DNA of 20,000 nucleotides from an uncultured virus (IMG/VR IMGVR_UViG_3300021957_000020) (taxonomy: Duplodnaviria; Heunggongvirae; Uroviricota; Caudoviricetes), in the IMG/VR virus record IMGVR_UViG_3300021957_000020; one strand, written 5' to 3'. Made by a program: the position numbers and the translations under genes. Shown here piece by piece: positions 1 to 10,454 of this stretch. The notes beneath the pieces were generated by a model. The model did no database searches. It saw only the letters and a program-made list of their open reading frames with translations, and had not been told where the DNA came from. Each line of letters begins with the position of its first letter. Positions within the stretch are counted from its first letter, which is position 1.

Positions 1-3000
1 TATCATCAAGAGTAGAAACAGATTATATTACTCTTATTGTTATTGAAGACGGTAAATCAGCTGTTGATAAGACAGATAAAAATCAAGAAACAGAATTAAC
101 AGAAAGATTAGCAAGAAGAACATTTGAAGAGTCAGGAGATTACTCAGTTAATCCATATCAGTTAAATGTGAGAGAACATTTAGATACAGGAACTAATAAT
201 GGTTATTTAACATCAAGCAATGGTGGGTCTGCTACTAAATTAGCGATTGGTATAGAACCAAATACATCTTACGTAAAAGGATTTAGAGTTGAAAACACAA
301 CAACCAAATATTTAGCTGTTGATAAACCAAGAGGAGCCGATGCTACTATTGATGTTAATCAAACACAACAAACATTAAATCTTGGAAACTATATTAGATT
401 AAATGAAGCAAGTTCTCTTGGAATGCCAGACATTGCTACTTTTGATACAATTGATTTATACGATGCAGCTAATGGTGGCGGTACTAAAAGAGGTACATGC
501 AGAGCTCGAGGAATAAGTCAAGGTTCAAGTTCAACTGAATTATATTTGTATATTTTTGATATCCAATTTAATAGTGGATATGGAATGAATAACATTGTAA
601 GTGTTGAATGGGATGATGGCGGAACAGTTAAATTTAGAGCTAATACTTTTGATCAAAGCAGTGTAACTGATAGAACTATATATGGTTCAAGCTTTAATTC
701 ATTAGTTTACAAATTACCATATTCAGCAGTTGATACTTTAAGAGATCCTGGTTCAACAGTTTCTTCACCTTCATATAATACAACATACGTAGTAAGAGAA
801 ACAAGAACTACAAATGCTAATAATCCAGCTGCTACAATAAGTGGAGCATCGTTTGTTAATGCTTCTACAGTCGTTGCATACATTAAAGATGGAAGTACAT
901 ACAATGCTTTAGACGCAAGTCCAACAGCATCTATTACAGGCGGCGGAAGCACTATCACTTTTACTACAATAGGAGGCTCAAGCGTAAATTTATCTGGAGG
1001 TCAACAAATTGTATTTAGTGTAGATGTATCATACACTGGTGCTGCACCAAAAACAAAAGATAAAGAGACTCAGACTTTAACAGCTCAATCTTTAAGTAGT
1101 GGAGTTCTTTCATTAGGTAAAGCTGACATTAAAAAAATTACTTCAATAGTAGATCCAGCTGGACAAAGCGTTATTGGTAGATTTATATTAGACAATGGTC
1201 AAAGAGATAATTTCTATGATATAGGAAAAATTACTCTTAAGTCAGGCGAAATTGATCCAGGCGCGATTACAGTTGTCTTTGATTGGTATGATCATTCTGG
1301 CTCAGGCGATTTCTTTAGTGTTGATTCATACGATGATACAGAATATACACAGATACCATCATTCTCAGGTAATATAGGAACAGTTCAATTAAGAGATTGT
1401 ATCGACTTTAGACCGAGAATTAATGATGCAGGTACAAGTTATGCTTCAGGCAGTAACCAATCTCTTTCATCTCCTCCAGTAAATAGTGGTAATTTCGTAA
1501 CAGATCTTACGCACTTCTTACCAAGGATTGATAAACTATATGTTACAAGAAAAGGCGAGTTTAAAATAGAAACAGGAGTACCTAGCTCAAGCCCAAGAGC
1601 ACCAGGAACACCAGATGATGCAATGGGGATATATGATATTAGAGTATCACCTTATGTTTTTTCATTAAGCGGTGTTAAACCGAAACTTATAGAAAACAAA
1701 AGATTTACAATGGCAAACATTGGAAGCTTAGACAAACGAATTAAAAATTTAGAATATTTTACATCGCTTTCTTTATTAGAGCAAAGCGCATCTTCAATTG
1801 ATATCACTGATTCAACAGGAGCAACTCGACTTAAGAATGGATTTATTGTAGATAACTTTACAAATCATGGAATTGGAGATACATCTAATCCGGATTATGC
1901 ATGCTCTATTGATAAAGAAAATGGTGTCCTTAGACCTAAGTTTGATGAAAGAAATGTTAACCTAGTTAGATTAGCAGGAGATAGTAATGCTGCTGTAATT
2001 AATGATGGTTTAGTTACTTTACCAATGGGCACAGATGTTAATTATATTAATCAACCTTATGCTTCAACATTTAGTAATGTAAATCCATATAATGTATTTA
2101 GTTGGGCTGGTACTGTTAAATTATCTCCTGATTCAGATGAATGGAAAGAAGTTGATGTACGACCAGTTGTTACCGTTGATGATTCTTCATCATTTGAACA
2201 ATTTCAAAAAATGGCTGAACAAGACGGAATTCTTGGTACAGTATGGAATGAGTGGGAAACAAATTGGACAGGCATTGACGTTGATGAAAAGTCAGAAACA
2301 ACTGGAAACCGCGGAAGAGGCGGAGGCAGAGGTAGAGATGAAGCAGAAGAAATGCGTGAGTTTTGGTGGACCGAAGGTGAACCAGAAATATGGGATGCCA
2401 ACGATATAGAAACATTAGATGGAGCTGGTCAAAACGTTACAACAATTACAACAACCACTACAACTACTGGTCAATCAAGAAGTGGTATAAAAACAACTCT
2501 TGCATTTGATACCATACTTAAAAGCAATGGATCGAAAGTAGTTGAAATGAACTTTATACCATTTATTCGTTCAAGAAAAATATTCTTTAAAGCTGAATTG
2601 CTTAAACCAAATACAAAAGTATATGGTTTCTTTGATGGCGCTTCTATAGCAAGTTATATTAAAGAAGAATCTTTTACAGATTTTACAACTTTAACAGGTG
2701 CTGATACTTTTGAAGGATTAACATCACATCCAAATACTGCTGGAGCTTTAATATCAAATGCATCAGGTGTAGTTGAAGGTTCATTTATTATACCAAGAAA
2801 TAACGCATTAAAATTTGCAGTAGGTACAAGAGAATTTAGACTATCAGATAGTAGTACAAATGATAAATCAGCTGAAACTACTTATGCAGAAGCTCAATAT
2901 CATGCTCAAGGAATGTTAGAAATAACAGAAGAAAAAGTTGTTTCTACAAAAGTACCAAGATTAGTACAATCAGAGTTAAATGAAGACAGAACACTTGTTG

Positions 3001-4526
3001 ATACACAGGTATCAGAAACAACTGAATATATCGATCCAGTCGCTGAAACATTCTTAATTGATAAGGACGGTGGATTGTTTGTTAAGTCAGTTGACTTATT
3101 CTTTAGAAAAAAATCAGCGACTATACCAGTAAGAGTTACAATAAGAACAGTATTAAATGGCACACCTACACAAAGAATAGTACCAGGTGGAGATAAAATT
3201 TTATATCCAAGCAGTGTTAACCTACCATCAGATGCAGCAGCAAATAATGGCTTTGGTAATGCTAATGCCGCTACTAACTTTGCATTTGACTATCCAGTTT
3301 ATTTAGCTCAAGATACAGAATATGCAATAGTAATTACATCTCAATCAGATGACTACGAAGTTTATGTAGCTGAAATGGGTGGACAAGATTTAACAAATAC
3401 AACTGAAAGAATTACAAAACAACCATATAATGGAGTGTTCTTTAGTTCAGCAAATGCTTCAACATGGACACCAGAGCAAAGTAAAGATCTTAAGTTCAAA
3501 TTAAATAGAGCTACGTTTACAGGTTCAGGCTCAAAAATTATATTTGCAAACGATGTTATACCTCCTAAAAAATTACAAGTTAATCCATTCTATGTAAATG
3601 GAACAACAACATGTAAAGTATTCCATAAGAATCATGGAATGTACAGTACAAGTAATGATGTGACAATTGCAGGTGCAACTGGTACAAATGCATCTCTATT
3701 AAATGGAACACATGATATTGCTGCATATACTCATGACACATATGATATTACTTTGTCAAGTGCAGCAACAGGTACTGGTTATGTTGGTGGTCCAGCTGCA
3801 ACTGCAACTGAAAATAGACACATGGATGTAATGTATCCATACATTGAAAACATACAAGTTCCAGGAACGTCAGTTAGATTTTTCTTAAAAACACGTACAA
3901 CAACAAGTGTTAATGGAACTGAAACAAGATATGCTCTTACAGGAACAGGTGATGGCTATGAGATTTTACCAAATAGAAATTATAGATATGTGACGCCTCA
4001 AGCAATTTATTCAGCAATTAATGAAACTAGTAATGTTAAATCATTTCAATTAACTGCAGTCTTAACAACTGAGAATGAGGCGTTAAGTCCAGTTATCGAT
4101 ATGAACAGATTATCGGTGAATACCATACAAAATATTATTAGTGATAATGGTGGGTCTGAAACGACTGCTACTGGCGGTACTGAAGTTGCAAGATATATTA
4201 CTAAGAAAATTGAATTAGCAGAACAAGCTGACATAGCTACAGTATATATTAATGCTTTAAAACCAGGTGGAGCTGATGTTGATTTTTATTGGAGAGCTAC
4301 AAGCGGTGATGAAGATATTACAGCAAGTACTTGGACAGCGCAATTACCAGTTACTGGAACAGTTATTCCATTCAATGATTCTTCTTTCCAAGAAGTACAA
4401 TATGATATTGATCCATTTGGAGCAGGTTCATCATTTAGTTCAATACAATTTAAAATAGTATTACAAGGAGCAGTATCTTCTACACCTCCATTAGTTAAAG
4501 ATTTTAGAGCAATCTGTGCAACATAG
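1..4526 (+). CDS. Large virion structural protein, VrlC/DUF4815-like (5'-truncated; true start lies upstream of the window)
   Basis: The frame of ORF 168..4526 is open from base 3 (SSRVETDYITLIVIEDG...LARRTFEESGDYSVNPYQLNVREHL), so GTG168 is not the real start. Motifs LARRTFEESGDY, LDNGQRDNFYD, LRDCIDFRP, RFTMxxIGxLxKRIxNLEYxTSLSLLE, KNGFIVDNF, NVNPYNVF, DPVAETF and WTPEQxKDLKF are typical of this family in T4-like marine phages. Confidence 0.85.
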   Translation, partial: SSRVETDYITLIVIEDGKSAVDKTDKNQETELTERLARRTFEESGDYSVNPYQLNVREHLDTGTNNGYLTSSNGGSATKLAIGIEPNTSYVKGFRVENTTTKYLAVDKPRGADATIDVNQTQQTLNLGNYIRLNEASSLGMPDIATFDTIDLYDAANGGGTKRGTCRARGISQGSSSTELYLYIFDIQFNSGYGMNNIVSVEWDDGGTVKFRANTFDQSSVTDRTIYGSSFNSLVYKLPYSAVDTLRDPGSTVSSPSYNTTYVVRETRTTNANNPAATISGASFVNASTVVAYIKDGSTYNALDASPTASITGGGSTITFTTIGGSSVNLSGGQQIVFSVDVSYTGAAPKTKDKETQTLTAQSLSSGVLSLGKADIKKITSIVDPAGQSVIGRFILDNGQRDNFYDIGKITLKSGEIDPGAITVVFDWYDHSGSGDFFSVDSYDDTEYTQIPSFSGNIGTVQLRDCIDFRPRINDAGTSYASGSNQSLSSPPVNSGNFVTDLTHFLPRIDKLYVTRKGEFKIETGVPSSSPRAPGTPDDAMGIYDIRVSPYVFSLSGVKPKLIENKRFTMANIGSLDKRIKNLEYFTSLSLLEQSASSIDITDSTGATRLKNGFIVDNFTNHGIGDTSNPDYACSIDKENGVLRPKFDERNVNLVRLAGDSNAAVINDGLVTLPMGTDVNYINQPYASTFSNVNPYNVFSWAGTVKLSPDSDEWKEVDVRPVVTVDDSSSFEQFQKMAEQDGILGTVWNEWETNWTGIDVDEKSETTGNRGRGGGRGRDEAEEMREFWWTEGEPEIWDANDIETLDGAGQNVTTITTTTTTTGQSRSGIKTTLAFDTILKSNGSKVVEMNFIPFIRSRKIFFKAELLKPNTKVYGFFDGASIASYIKEESFTDFTTLTGADTFEGLTSHPNTAGALISNASGVVEGSFIIPRNNALKFAVGTREFRLSDSSTNDKSAETTYAEAQYHAQGMLEITEEKVVSTKVPRLVQSELNEDRTLVDTQVSETTEYIDPVAETFLIDKDGGLFVKSVDLFFRKKSATIPVRVTIRTVLNGTPTQRIVPGGDKILYPSSVNLPSDAAANNGFGNANAATNFAFDYPVYLAQDTEYAIVITSQSDDYEVYVAEMGGQDLTNTTERITKQPYNGVFFSSANASTWTPEQSKDLKFKLNRATFTGSGSKIIFANDVIPPKKLQVNPFYVNGTTTCKVFHKNHGMYSTSNDVTIAGATGTNASLLNGTHDIAAYTHDTYDITLSSAATGTGYVGGPAATATENRHMDVMYPYIENIQVPGTSVRFFLKTRTTTSVNGTETRYALTGTGDGYEILPNRNYRYVTPQAIYSAINETSNVKSFQLTAVLTTENEALSPVIDMNRLSVNTIQNIISDNGGSETTATGGTEVARYITKKIELAEQADIATVYINALKPGGADVDFYWRATSGDEDITASTWTAQLPVTGTVIPFNDSSFQEVQYDIDPFGAGSSFSSIQFKIVLQGAVSSTPPLVKDFRAICAT

Positions 4527-4535
4527 GATAAAATA

Positions 4536-4736
4536 ATGGCGAAGAAAAAAATTATAGGAAGTCCGGATTTAGTTAAAGATACATCTAATGGAGCAGTTAT
4601 AAATACTAATACTAATGCATTTGCCAAAAGAAGGCTACAAATGCAGTTAGCACAAGAAAAAGATAATAAGTTAGCTCAACTCGAAAGTGATGTAGCCGAA
4701 CTTAAAAAAATAGTAAAGAAATTAGGCAGTAAATAA
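4536..4736 (+). CDS. Small conserved phage protein with C-terminal coiled coil (66 aa)
   Basis: AGGA upstream. Motif LVKDxxNGAVINT is followed by heptads (LAQLESDVAELKKIV). TAATG overlap with the next gene. Resembles the small gene that commonly follows VrlC-like genes in T4-like marine phages. Confidence 0.75.
   Translation: MAKKKIIGSPDLVKDTSNGAVINTNTNAFAKRRLQMQLAQEKDNKLAQLESDVAELKKIVKKLGSK
4598..4605 (+). promoter_or_regulatory. T4-type late promoter box TATAAATA (inside the 66-aa gene, about 130 bp upstream of the fibre gene)
   Basis: Exact gp55 consensus, but intragenic in AT-rich DNA. Confidence 0.45.
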
Positions 4737-7700
4737 TGGCAGCAAATAACGAAACAAGAACATTAAAATCAAATAGTATCGAAGAACTTCGTCAGAAGTC
4801 TAATGAAGTATCGCTTCATTTAGGAGACAATGGTCTTATTGATTCTCGTATACTCGATAAAACTCAATCATTTACAGCAACAGCTGGACAAAAGCTTTTT
4901 ACTTCAAACACACTTAGATTTGAATTAAAACCAGAAGAGACTATTGATTTATCAAGTGAAGCAGTTAATGTTGGAGTTGTAAAAGTCTTTAAAGACGGAA
5001 CAGAATTAACACAAGGTACTGCAACTGCTAATTTTATAGCACCTAACTTTTCTTTATTAGTAACACTACAAAACACTCCTACAATACCATCTCAGTTTAT
5101 AGAAGGAGCAGTACTTACACAATCAGGCGGATTCTCAGGAACACTATTATCTGCTGATACATCAGTATTAAGATTTAAAGCTACAACAGGAACATTTAAT
5201 GCAGCACAAAATTTAGGTATACCACATACAGATGCATCTAAAAGAATAGTTGCTAATGATCTTGTATCAAGCACATTTCAAACTCCAACTTACGGAAAGA
5301 TTATTAAATTAAATACAGCTGCTTCAGCTGGCGAAGTTATAAAAATAGTTTCAACAAATCTTATTGACGCTGTAAATGAAGTACAAGACGATGTAGGTGA
5401 TATCACAGCATTAGCAGCAGGCATCCCAGTAAAAACTGACGTTGTTATAGCTGTTAATTCTTTTAAAGGAGAAGTTGGAAACGCAACTGATCTTACTCCT
5501 GCAGCTGGTACAGTTGTAGGTGCTATTAATGAGCATGAAACTGATATAGGTACAGTTGCTAACTTAACAACAACTGCTAATGATTTAGTTACTGCGATTA
5601 ATGAACATGATGCAGAACTTGGAACAATCTCAGCCTCAGCTTTTGGAACAACAGCTTCTACAGTATCTACTGCAATTGCAGAATTACATACAGATGTAGA
5701 CGCAAGATTCTTTTTAACAAAAGGTTCACAACAAACAATTAATTCAGATGCTACATTTACTAATGGTAACACATTAGTATTTCCTTCAGGATCTACACTT
5801 GATATAAGAAATGGTTTATTACAAACTGGTTCAGGTGGACTTTCTGTATCAACAGCCTTTATTGACTTTAACTCTGACTTAGATGATAGAGGTCTTTCTT
5901 TTGAAAGAAGCAATTTTGGTAATGGTGTTGATGTAAAACTTATATGGGATGAAGCTTATGCAGCATCTCAGCCAGATAGAGCATTTAGAGTTATAGGTTT
6001 AAATACAGGTTCAACAACTCAAACAGCAGACTTAGTAACATTTTATAATGCACAAGACTTAATTGCTAATAATGTTGAAACAGGTATTGATGTAACATGG
6101 GATGCTACAAACCAAAACTTTGATTTTGCTTTATCAGCAGATCCTACCATTACATTAGGTGGAGATTTAAGTGGTGCAGTTACTCTTACAAATTTAGCAA
6201 GTGGAACATTAACAGCAACGATTGCTGCTGGATCAGTAGAAAATACTATGTTAGCAGGAAGCATTGCAGCTTCTAAATTAGCTGGTTCAATAGGAAATTC
6301 TAAACTCAGTAACTCATCTATTACAGTAAGTGATGGGTCGAATACAAGTCCAATCGCATTAGGCGGAACATTAACATTTGCTGGAACATCCGGTGAAGTA
6401 GATATTGTAGAAAATGCAGGAACTGTTACTGTAGGATTACCAAACAATGTAACAGTGGGTGGTAACTTAACAATCACAGGTAACTTAGATGTTAATGGAA
6501 CACAAACAACTATTAATACAGCAACATTAGAAATAGATGACACATTAGTATTAATGGGAGCTTCAGCTTCCGAGCCAACAACTGGCGGATTCGGTCTAGA
6601 AACAAGAAGCTTTACAGGCGTGGGTACACATTCAAACAATGCTTCAAATGTAACAGGTTCACATTCAATTGTATATAACTTTGCAACAGATCGTTGGGAA
6701 GCAGATGGTTCATTAATATTAAGTGAAGCTTCAGCTGGTGTACCAGGTATTAAAGTTTCTTCAGCATCTAATGCATTATCAGAACAAAATTTTGGTTCAA
6801 CAAACATATTAGACTTTAACGAAGGCTCAGGTATTACAGTACTCGGTGCAACTTCAGGCAATGACATTGATGTTACTATTACGAACTCTGATAGAGGTTC
6901 ATTACAAAACATATTTAAAAACGTTTTAACAGATTCAGGTACAGCAGTAGCTGATACAAATAACGATACGCTTTCCATATTAGGTGGAAATGATTTATCA
7001 ACATCAGTTAGTGCAGACGCAATTACAATTCAACATGATAACTCAGGCGTAACTGCAGCTTCATACGGAAGTCAGCTAGTAGTACCAAGTATTACCGTCG
7101 ACGCAAGAGGTCATATCACAGCGGCATCAAGTAATGCTGCAATAAGTTTATCAGCTCTTGGATATTCAGGAGTAAGCAATGCAGATAACTATGGTTCATT
7201 TAGCATAAGCGCAAATGGTGCTTCAGCAGAAGCTATTGGTTCAGGTGAAACAGTTACTTTTAATGGTGGTGGTTCTACAAACATTGGTAGATCTGGAAAT
7301 TCTCTTACTTTTACATCAACAAATACTGTTACAAATGTTGGAGTAAGCGGAGATCTATCATCAGGTAATATTACTCTTGTAGGCGGAACCAATATTACTG
7401 TAAGCAAATCAGGTGGAACAATCACATTTGCTGCAAATGATAACAATACTATAACAAGCGTTGGAACAAGCGGAAATCTATCATCAGGTAATATTACTCT
7501 TGTAGGCACGGGCGCTACAACAGTATCTAAATCTGGCGGAACAATTACAATTAATTCAACAGATAGTAATGATAATGATAATACAATAACAAATATTGGA
7601 GCAAACGGCGGAAGCTTTACAAATGGTAATATTACTTTTAATAGCGGCACTAATACTACTGTAAGTAAATCTGCTAATAGTGTTACTATTTCATCTGTGA

Positions 7701-8203
7701 ATACTACATATAGTAATCTAAACCAATTTACAAATGGTCCAGGGTATGTTACATCATCTGGAGTAACATCAGTTGCAACAGGTAATGGAATAAGTGGTGG
7801 TACAATTACTTCTAGTGGAACACTTACTGTAGCCGCAGGTAACGGATTATCTCAATCATCAACAGGATTATTAATGTCAGGTTCTTACACAGGAACATTT
7901 ACGGCAAGTGCTGATGTAGTAGCTTTCTCAGATAAAAAACTAAAAGACAATGTTAAAACTCTTGACGGTTCGAAAGTATTCGATATGAGAGGAGTTTCAT
8001 TTAATCGTAATGACCAAGATGGTAAATTATCATCTGGTGTTATAGCTCAGGAACTTGAAATGATAGCTCCTGAATTAATTCATGAAGCAGAAGACGGAAC
8101 AAAAGGTGTTGCATACGGTAACACGGTAGGATACTTAATTGAGGCAATTAAATTACTTAAAGCTGAAATTGAAGAACTAAAAAGTATAAATAAGAAGGTA
8201 TAA
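4736..8203 (+). CDS. Tail fibre protein with C-terminal intramolecular chaperone (peptidase S74) domain, 1155 aa
   Basis: Gly/Thr/Ser-rich beta repeats, AINE/AVNE helical repeats, and a GNLTITGNLDVNGTQTT motif. The C-terminus FSDKKLKDNV...GVIAQELE...VAYGNTVGYLIEAIKLLKAEIEELK (from about 7928) matches the S74 auto-cleaving chaperone pattern. Confidence 0.88.
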   Translation: MAANNETRTLKSNSIEELRQKSNEVSLHLGDNGLIDSRILDKTQSFTATAGQKLFTSNTLRFELKPEETIDLSSEAVNVGVVKVFKDGTELTQGTATANFIAPNFSLLVTLQNTPTIPSQFIEGAVLTQSGGFSGTLLSADTSVLRFKATTGTFNAAQNLGIPHTDASKRIVANDLVSSTFQTPTYGKIIKLNTAASAGEVIKIVSTNLIDAVNEVQDDVGDITALAAGIPVKTDVVIAVNSFKGEVGNATDLTPAAGTVVGAINEHETDIGTVANLTTTANDLVTAINEHDAELGTISASAFGTTASTVSTAIAELHTDVDARFFLTKGSQQTINSDATFTNGNTLVFPSGSTLDIRNGLLQTGSGGLSVSTAFIDFNSDLDDRGLSFERSNFGNGVDVKLIWDEAYAASQPDRAFRVIGLNTGSTTQTADLVTFYNAQDLIANNVETGIDVTWDATNQNFDFALSADPTITLGGDLSGAVTLTNLASGTLTATIAAGSVENTMLAGSIAASKLAGSIGNSKLSNSSITVSDGSNTSPIALGGTLTFAGTSGEVDIVENAGTVTVGLPNNVTVGGNLTITGNLDVNGTQTTINTATLEIDDTLVLMGASASEPTTGGFGLETRSFTGVGTHSNNASNVTGSHSIVYNFATDRWEADGSLILSEASAGVPGIKVSSASNALSEQNFGSTNILDFNEGSGITVLGATSGNDIDVTITNSDRGSLQNIFKNVLTDSGTAVADTNNDTLSILGGNDLSTSVSADAITIQHDNSGVTAASYGSQLVVPSITVDARGHITAASSNAAISLSALGYSGVSNADNYGSFSISANGASAEAIGSGETVTFNGGGSTNIGRSGNSLTFTSTNTVTNVGVSGDLSSGNITLVGGTNITVSKSGGTITFAANDNNTITSVGTSGNLSSGNITLVGTGATTVSKSGGTITINSTDSNDNDNTITNIGANGGSFTNGNITFNSGTNTTVSKSANSVTISSVNTTYSNLNQFTNGPGYVTSSGVTSVATGNGISGGTITSSGTLTVAAGNGLSQSSTGLLMSGSYTGTFTASADVVAFSDKKLKDNVKTLDGSKVFDMRGVSFNRNDQDGKLSSGVIAQELEMIAPELIHEAEDGTKGVAYGNTVGYLIEAIKLLKAEIEELKSINKKV
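7321..7710 (+). repeat. Tandem ~41-aa intragenic repeats (three units) in the fibre shaft
   Basis: Consensus NTxTxxGxxGxxxxGNITxxxGxxxTVSKSxxxxTI. The 32-mer ATCTATCATCAGGTAATATTACTCTTGTAGGC is identical at 7353-7384 and 7476-7507 (period 123 bp). Confidence 0.9.
8185..8192 (+). promoter_or_regulatory. T4-type late promoter TATAAATA
   Basis: Exact consensus 20 bp before ATG 8213, followed by an AGGA Shine-Dalgarno (SD) site. Confidence 0.75.
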
Positions 8204-8212
8204 AGGAAAAAA

Positions 8213-8548
8213 ATGGCAGTTTATTCCAATATTTTAGTAGATCAAGGAGCAGATTATTCAGCTTCTATCGATGTTACTGATAATGATGGTGACAACATAA
8301 ATCTTACTGGCTACTCAGGCGCTGGGCAAATAAGAAAAAGTTATTCATCTACAACAGCTGTAAATTTTACAGTTACAGTTGCATCGCCAGCAACAGCTGG
8401 AGTACTTAATATTAGTTTGAGCAATTCTCAAACAAATGCCATGAAAGCAGGCCGGTATGTTTATGATGTAGAAATCACAAAAGCTGGCGTAAAAACAAGA
8501 GTTTTAGAAGGACAATTAGAGATAACACCTGGAGTGACACAGATATAA
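8213..8548 (+). CDS. Small virion structural protein, BppU N-terminal-like Ig fold (putative fibre anchor), 111 aa
   Basis: Motifs DQGADY, INLTGY..GQIRK, GRYVYDVEIT and RVLEGQLEITPGVT. Confidence 0.72.
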   Translation: MAVYSNILVDQGADYSASIDVTDNDGDNINLTGYSGAGQIRKSYSSTTAVNFTVTVASPATAGVLNISLSNSQTNAMKAGRYVYDVEITKAGVKTRVLEGQLEITPGVTQI

Positions 8549-8763
8549 TGGCAAACATAAAAGCTAAAATACGAAGAGATCCAAATAAAATTGTTGCTCA
8601 AACTTTAAAAATAGGAAATGTATCATTAACCGATTTAACGGACATTAATGCAGCAGGAACTACAGATGGAGCAGTTTTAATATATAATGGAACGTCATCT
8701 CAATGGGATACTACTACAATAGTAGGAAATAGTAATACAAATATAACTGGAGGCACATACTAG
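8548..8763 (+). CDS. Short fibre linker protein ending in GGTY (71 aa)
   Basis: TAATG-coupled to the previous gene. Contains one LxDLxDI...DGAVLIYNG...W fibre-type repeat and a C-terminal ITGGTY. Confidence 0.75.
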   Translation: MANIKAKIRRDPNKIVAQTLKIGNVSLTDLTDINAAGTTDGAVLIYNGTSSQWDTTTIVGNSNTNITGGTY

Positions 8764-10358
8764 TGGCTAACTTAACAAGAATTAAAATATTAACAACGGG
8801 TTCCACAACCAGTGCTCCTGCTAATATAAAAACAGGAGAGCTAGCGTATTCATATGTATCTGGTACTCAAGCTAATAACGGTGATAGACTTTATGTAGGT
8901 ACTGGAACAGAATCTGGTGGTGTAGCAGCTTCAGTAGATCTAATAGGTGGTAAGTATTTTACTACTATGTTGGACCATGTGCATGGTACTACAACAGCCA
9001 ATAGCGCTTTAATTGTAGACGGTAATAAACATGTTGATGAATTAAATATTGCAAGTTTAGCTCTTGAAGCTTCTGGCGGAAGTGGTCAAGTTGTTACAGC
9101 AATTTCTACAAGCACATCTTTAGATGGTGGGTCTGCTTCAAATGCAACTTTACCTACTCAGCTAGCTGTTAAAACATATGTTGATGCTCAAGTAACACTT
9201 CAAGATTTAGATACATCTGGTGATTCAGGTACAGGATCAATTGATTTAGATTCACAAAGTTTAGCAGTCACAGGTTTAACAGGAATAACAACAGTAGCTG
9301 CAAACCAAGGTATTACAATTGACCTTGATGATACAGCAGTAACACCAGGTTCATACGGTTCACAAACAGCCATTCCAACTTTTACAGTTGACCAACAAGG
9401 TAGATTAACAGCAGCTGCAACAGTAACAGTTGCTACTGCTTTAACAGTTGACGGCGATTCAGGTACAGGCGATGTATCATTATTATCAGATGATTTAAGA
9501 ATTATTGGTACAGCTAATGAAATTGAAACAGCATCTTCTAAATCTGGAACAGATGTAACATTACAAGTTGGGTTACCAAATGATGTTACTATTGGAAATG
9601 ATTTAACAGTTACTACAGATTTTGTAGTAGGCTCAAACAAATTAACAGTTGCTGGTGCTACTGGTAATACACTTATTGATGGTACATTAAATGTTAACGG
9701 TAATGTTAACTTAGGTAATGCTACATCTGATACAGTTGTTATTGCTGGTAACTTAACTGTACAAGGTACAACAACTACAGTTAATTCAACAGAAGTAACT
9801 TTAAACGATCCAGTTATGGCGTTAGCAAACAATACGTCATCCAATACATCAGACGGTTTAGATCGCGGTGTTAGATTTAAGTGGGGAACAGGTTCAGCAG
9901 TTGCAACTGGTTTCTTTGGATTTGATATTCAATCACAAAGATTTGTATTTACAAAAGACGAAACAGTAACATCAGATGATTTCTCTACTCCTTGGAGTGA
10001 TGCAGAATTCGGTAACATTTACGGTACTGGTGCTGATCTTGGAAACATCCAAATAGGTATTACAGGCGATAATGAAATTGATACAGCTTCTGGTAATTTA
10101 ACAATTGATTCAGCTGGTGGAACAGTTACAGTTGATGATAACTTAAGTGTTACAGGAACAGTCACATTAACAAACGATTTAGGAGTACCTCACGGTGGTA
10201 CTGGAGTTTCAACATTTACAGATAACGGTGTATTATATGGAGACGGCGCTAATGCATTAGACGTAACAGCAGCATCAAGCGCAAACGGATCTCTTTTACA
10301 AGCTAACTCAGGAGCAGCTCCTGCGTTTTCAAATATCATTGATGGCGGAACCTACTAA
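8763..10358 (+). CDS. Tail fibre segment protein, 531 aa (N-terminal IKI...GELAY domain, C-terminal DGGTY)
   Basis: GTG start overlaps the upstream TAG, with SD GGAGG at 8749-8753. Fibre motifs VTPGSYGS..IPTFTVDQQGRLT, GLPNDVTIG, GNLTVQGTTTTVNS and GVPHGGTG. Confidence 0.82.
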   Translation: MANLTRIKILTTGSTTSAPANIKTGELAYSYVSGTQANNGDRLYVGTGTESGGVAASVDLIGGKYFTTMLDHVHGTTTANSALIVDGNKHVDELNIASLALEASGGSGQVVTAISTSTSLDGGSASNATLPTQLAVKTYVDAQVTLQDLDTSGDSGTGSIDLDSQSLAVTGLTGITTVAANQGITIDLDDTAVTPGSYGSQTAIPTFTVDQQGRLTAAATVTVATALTVDGDSGTGDVSLLSDDLRIIGTANEIETASSKSGTDVTLQVGLPNDVTIGNDLTVTTDFVVGSNKLTVAGATGNTLIDGTLNVNGNVNLGNATSDTVVIAGNLTVQGTTTTVNSTEVTLNDPVMALANNTSSNTSDGLDRGVRFKWGTGSAVATGFFGFDIQSQRFVFTKDETVTSDDFSTPWSDAEFGNIYGTGADLGNIQIGITGDNEIDTASGNLTIDSAGGTVTVDDNLSVTGTVTLTNDLGVPHGGTGVSTFTDNGVLYGDGANALDVTAASSANGSLLQANSGAAPAFSNIIDGGTY

Positions 10359-10362
10359 GTAG

Positions 10363-10370
10363 TATAAATA
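10363..10370 (+). promoter_or_regulatory. T4-type late promoter TATAAATA
   Basis: Exact consensus at the start of the longest intergenic gap (96 bp). Confidence 0.8.
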
Positions 10371-10376
10371 CTATTA

Positions 10377-10430
10377 TACCATATATATGGTAGAAAGTAA
10401 ACAGTTTTATAAAAATTCTCTAAATAGAGA
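10377..10430 (+). promoter_or_regulatory. Structured 5' leader with inverted repeats upstream of the TTG-start fibre gene
   Basis: Perfect 16-bp palindrome TACCATATATATGGTA (10377-10392), TTTTATAAAA (10405-10414) and TCTCT-AAAT-AGAGA (10417-10430). SD AGGAG at 10441-10445. Confidence 0.55.
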
Positions 10431-10454
10431 TTGAACAGATAGGAGAAGCCAAAA

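Noticed and set aside
168..170. GTG start given for the first ORF
   Set aside because: The frame is open from base 3 and the conserved LARRTFEESGDY motif lies upstream, so the gene begins before the window.
8540..8770. Programmed frameshift or readthrough fusing the small genes into one fibre
   Set aside because: The junctions are ordinary stop/start overlaps with SD sites and no slippery heptamer, so translational coupling is sufficient.
10377..10430. Rho-independent terminator, tRNA or CRISPR array in the intergenic gap
   Set aside because: The stems are AT-rich with no U-tract and lie downstream of a promoter. There is no cloverleaf and no repeat-spacer periodicity.
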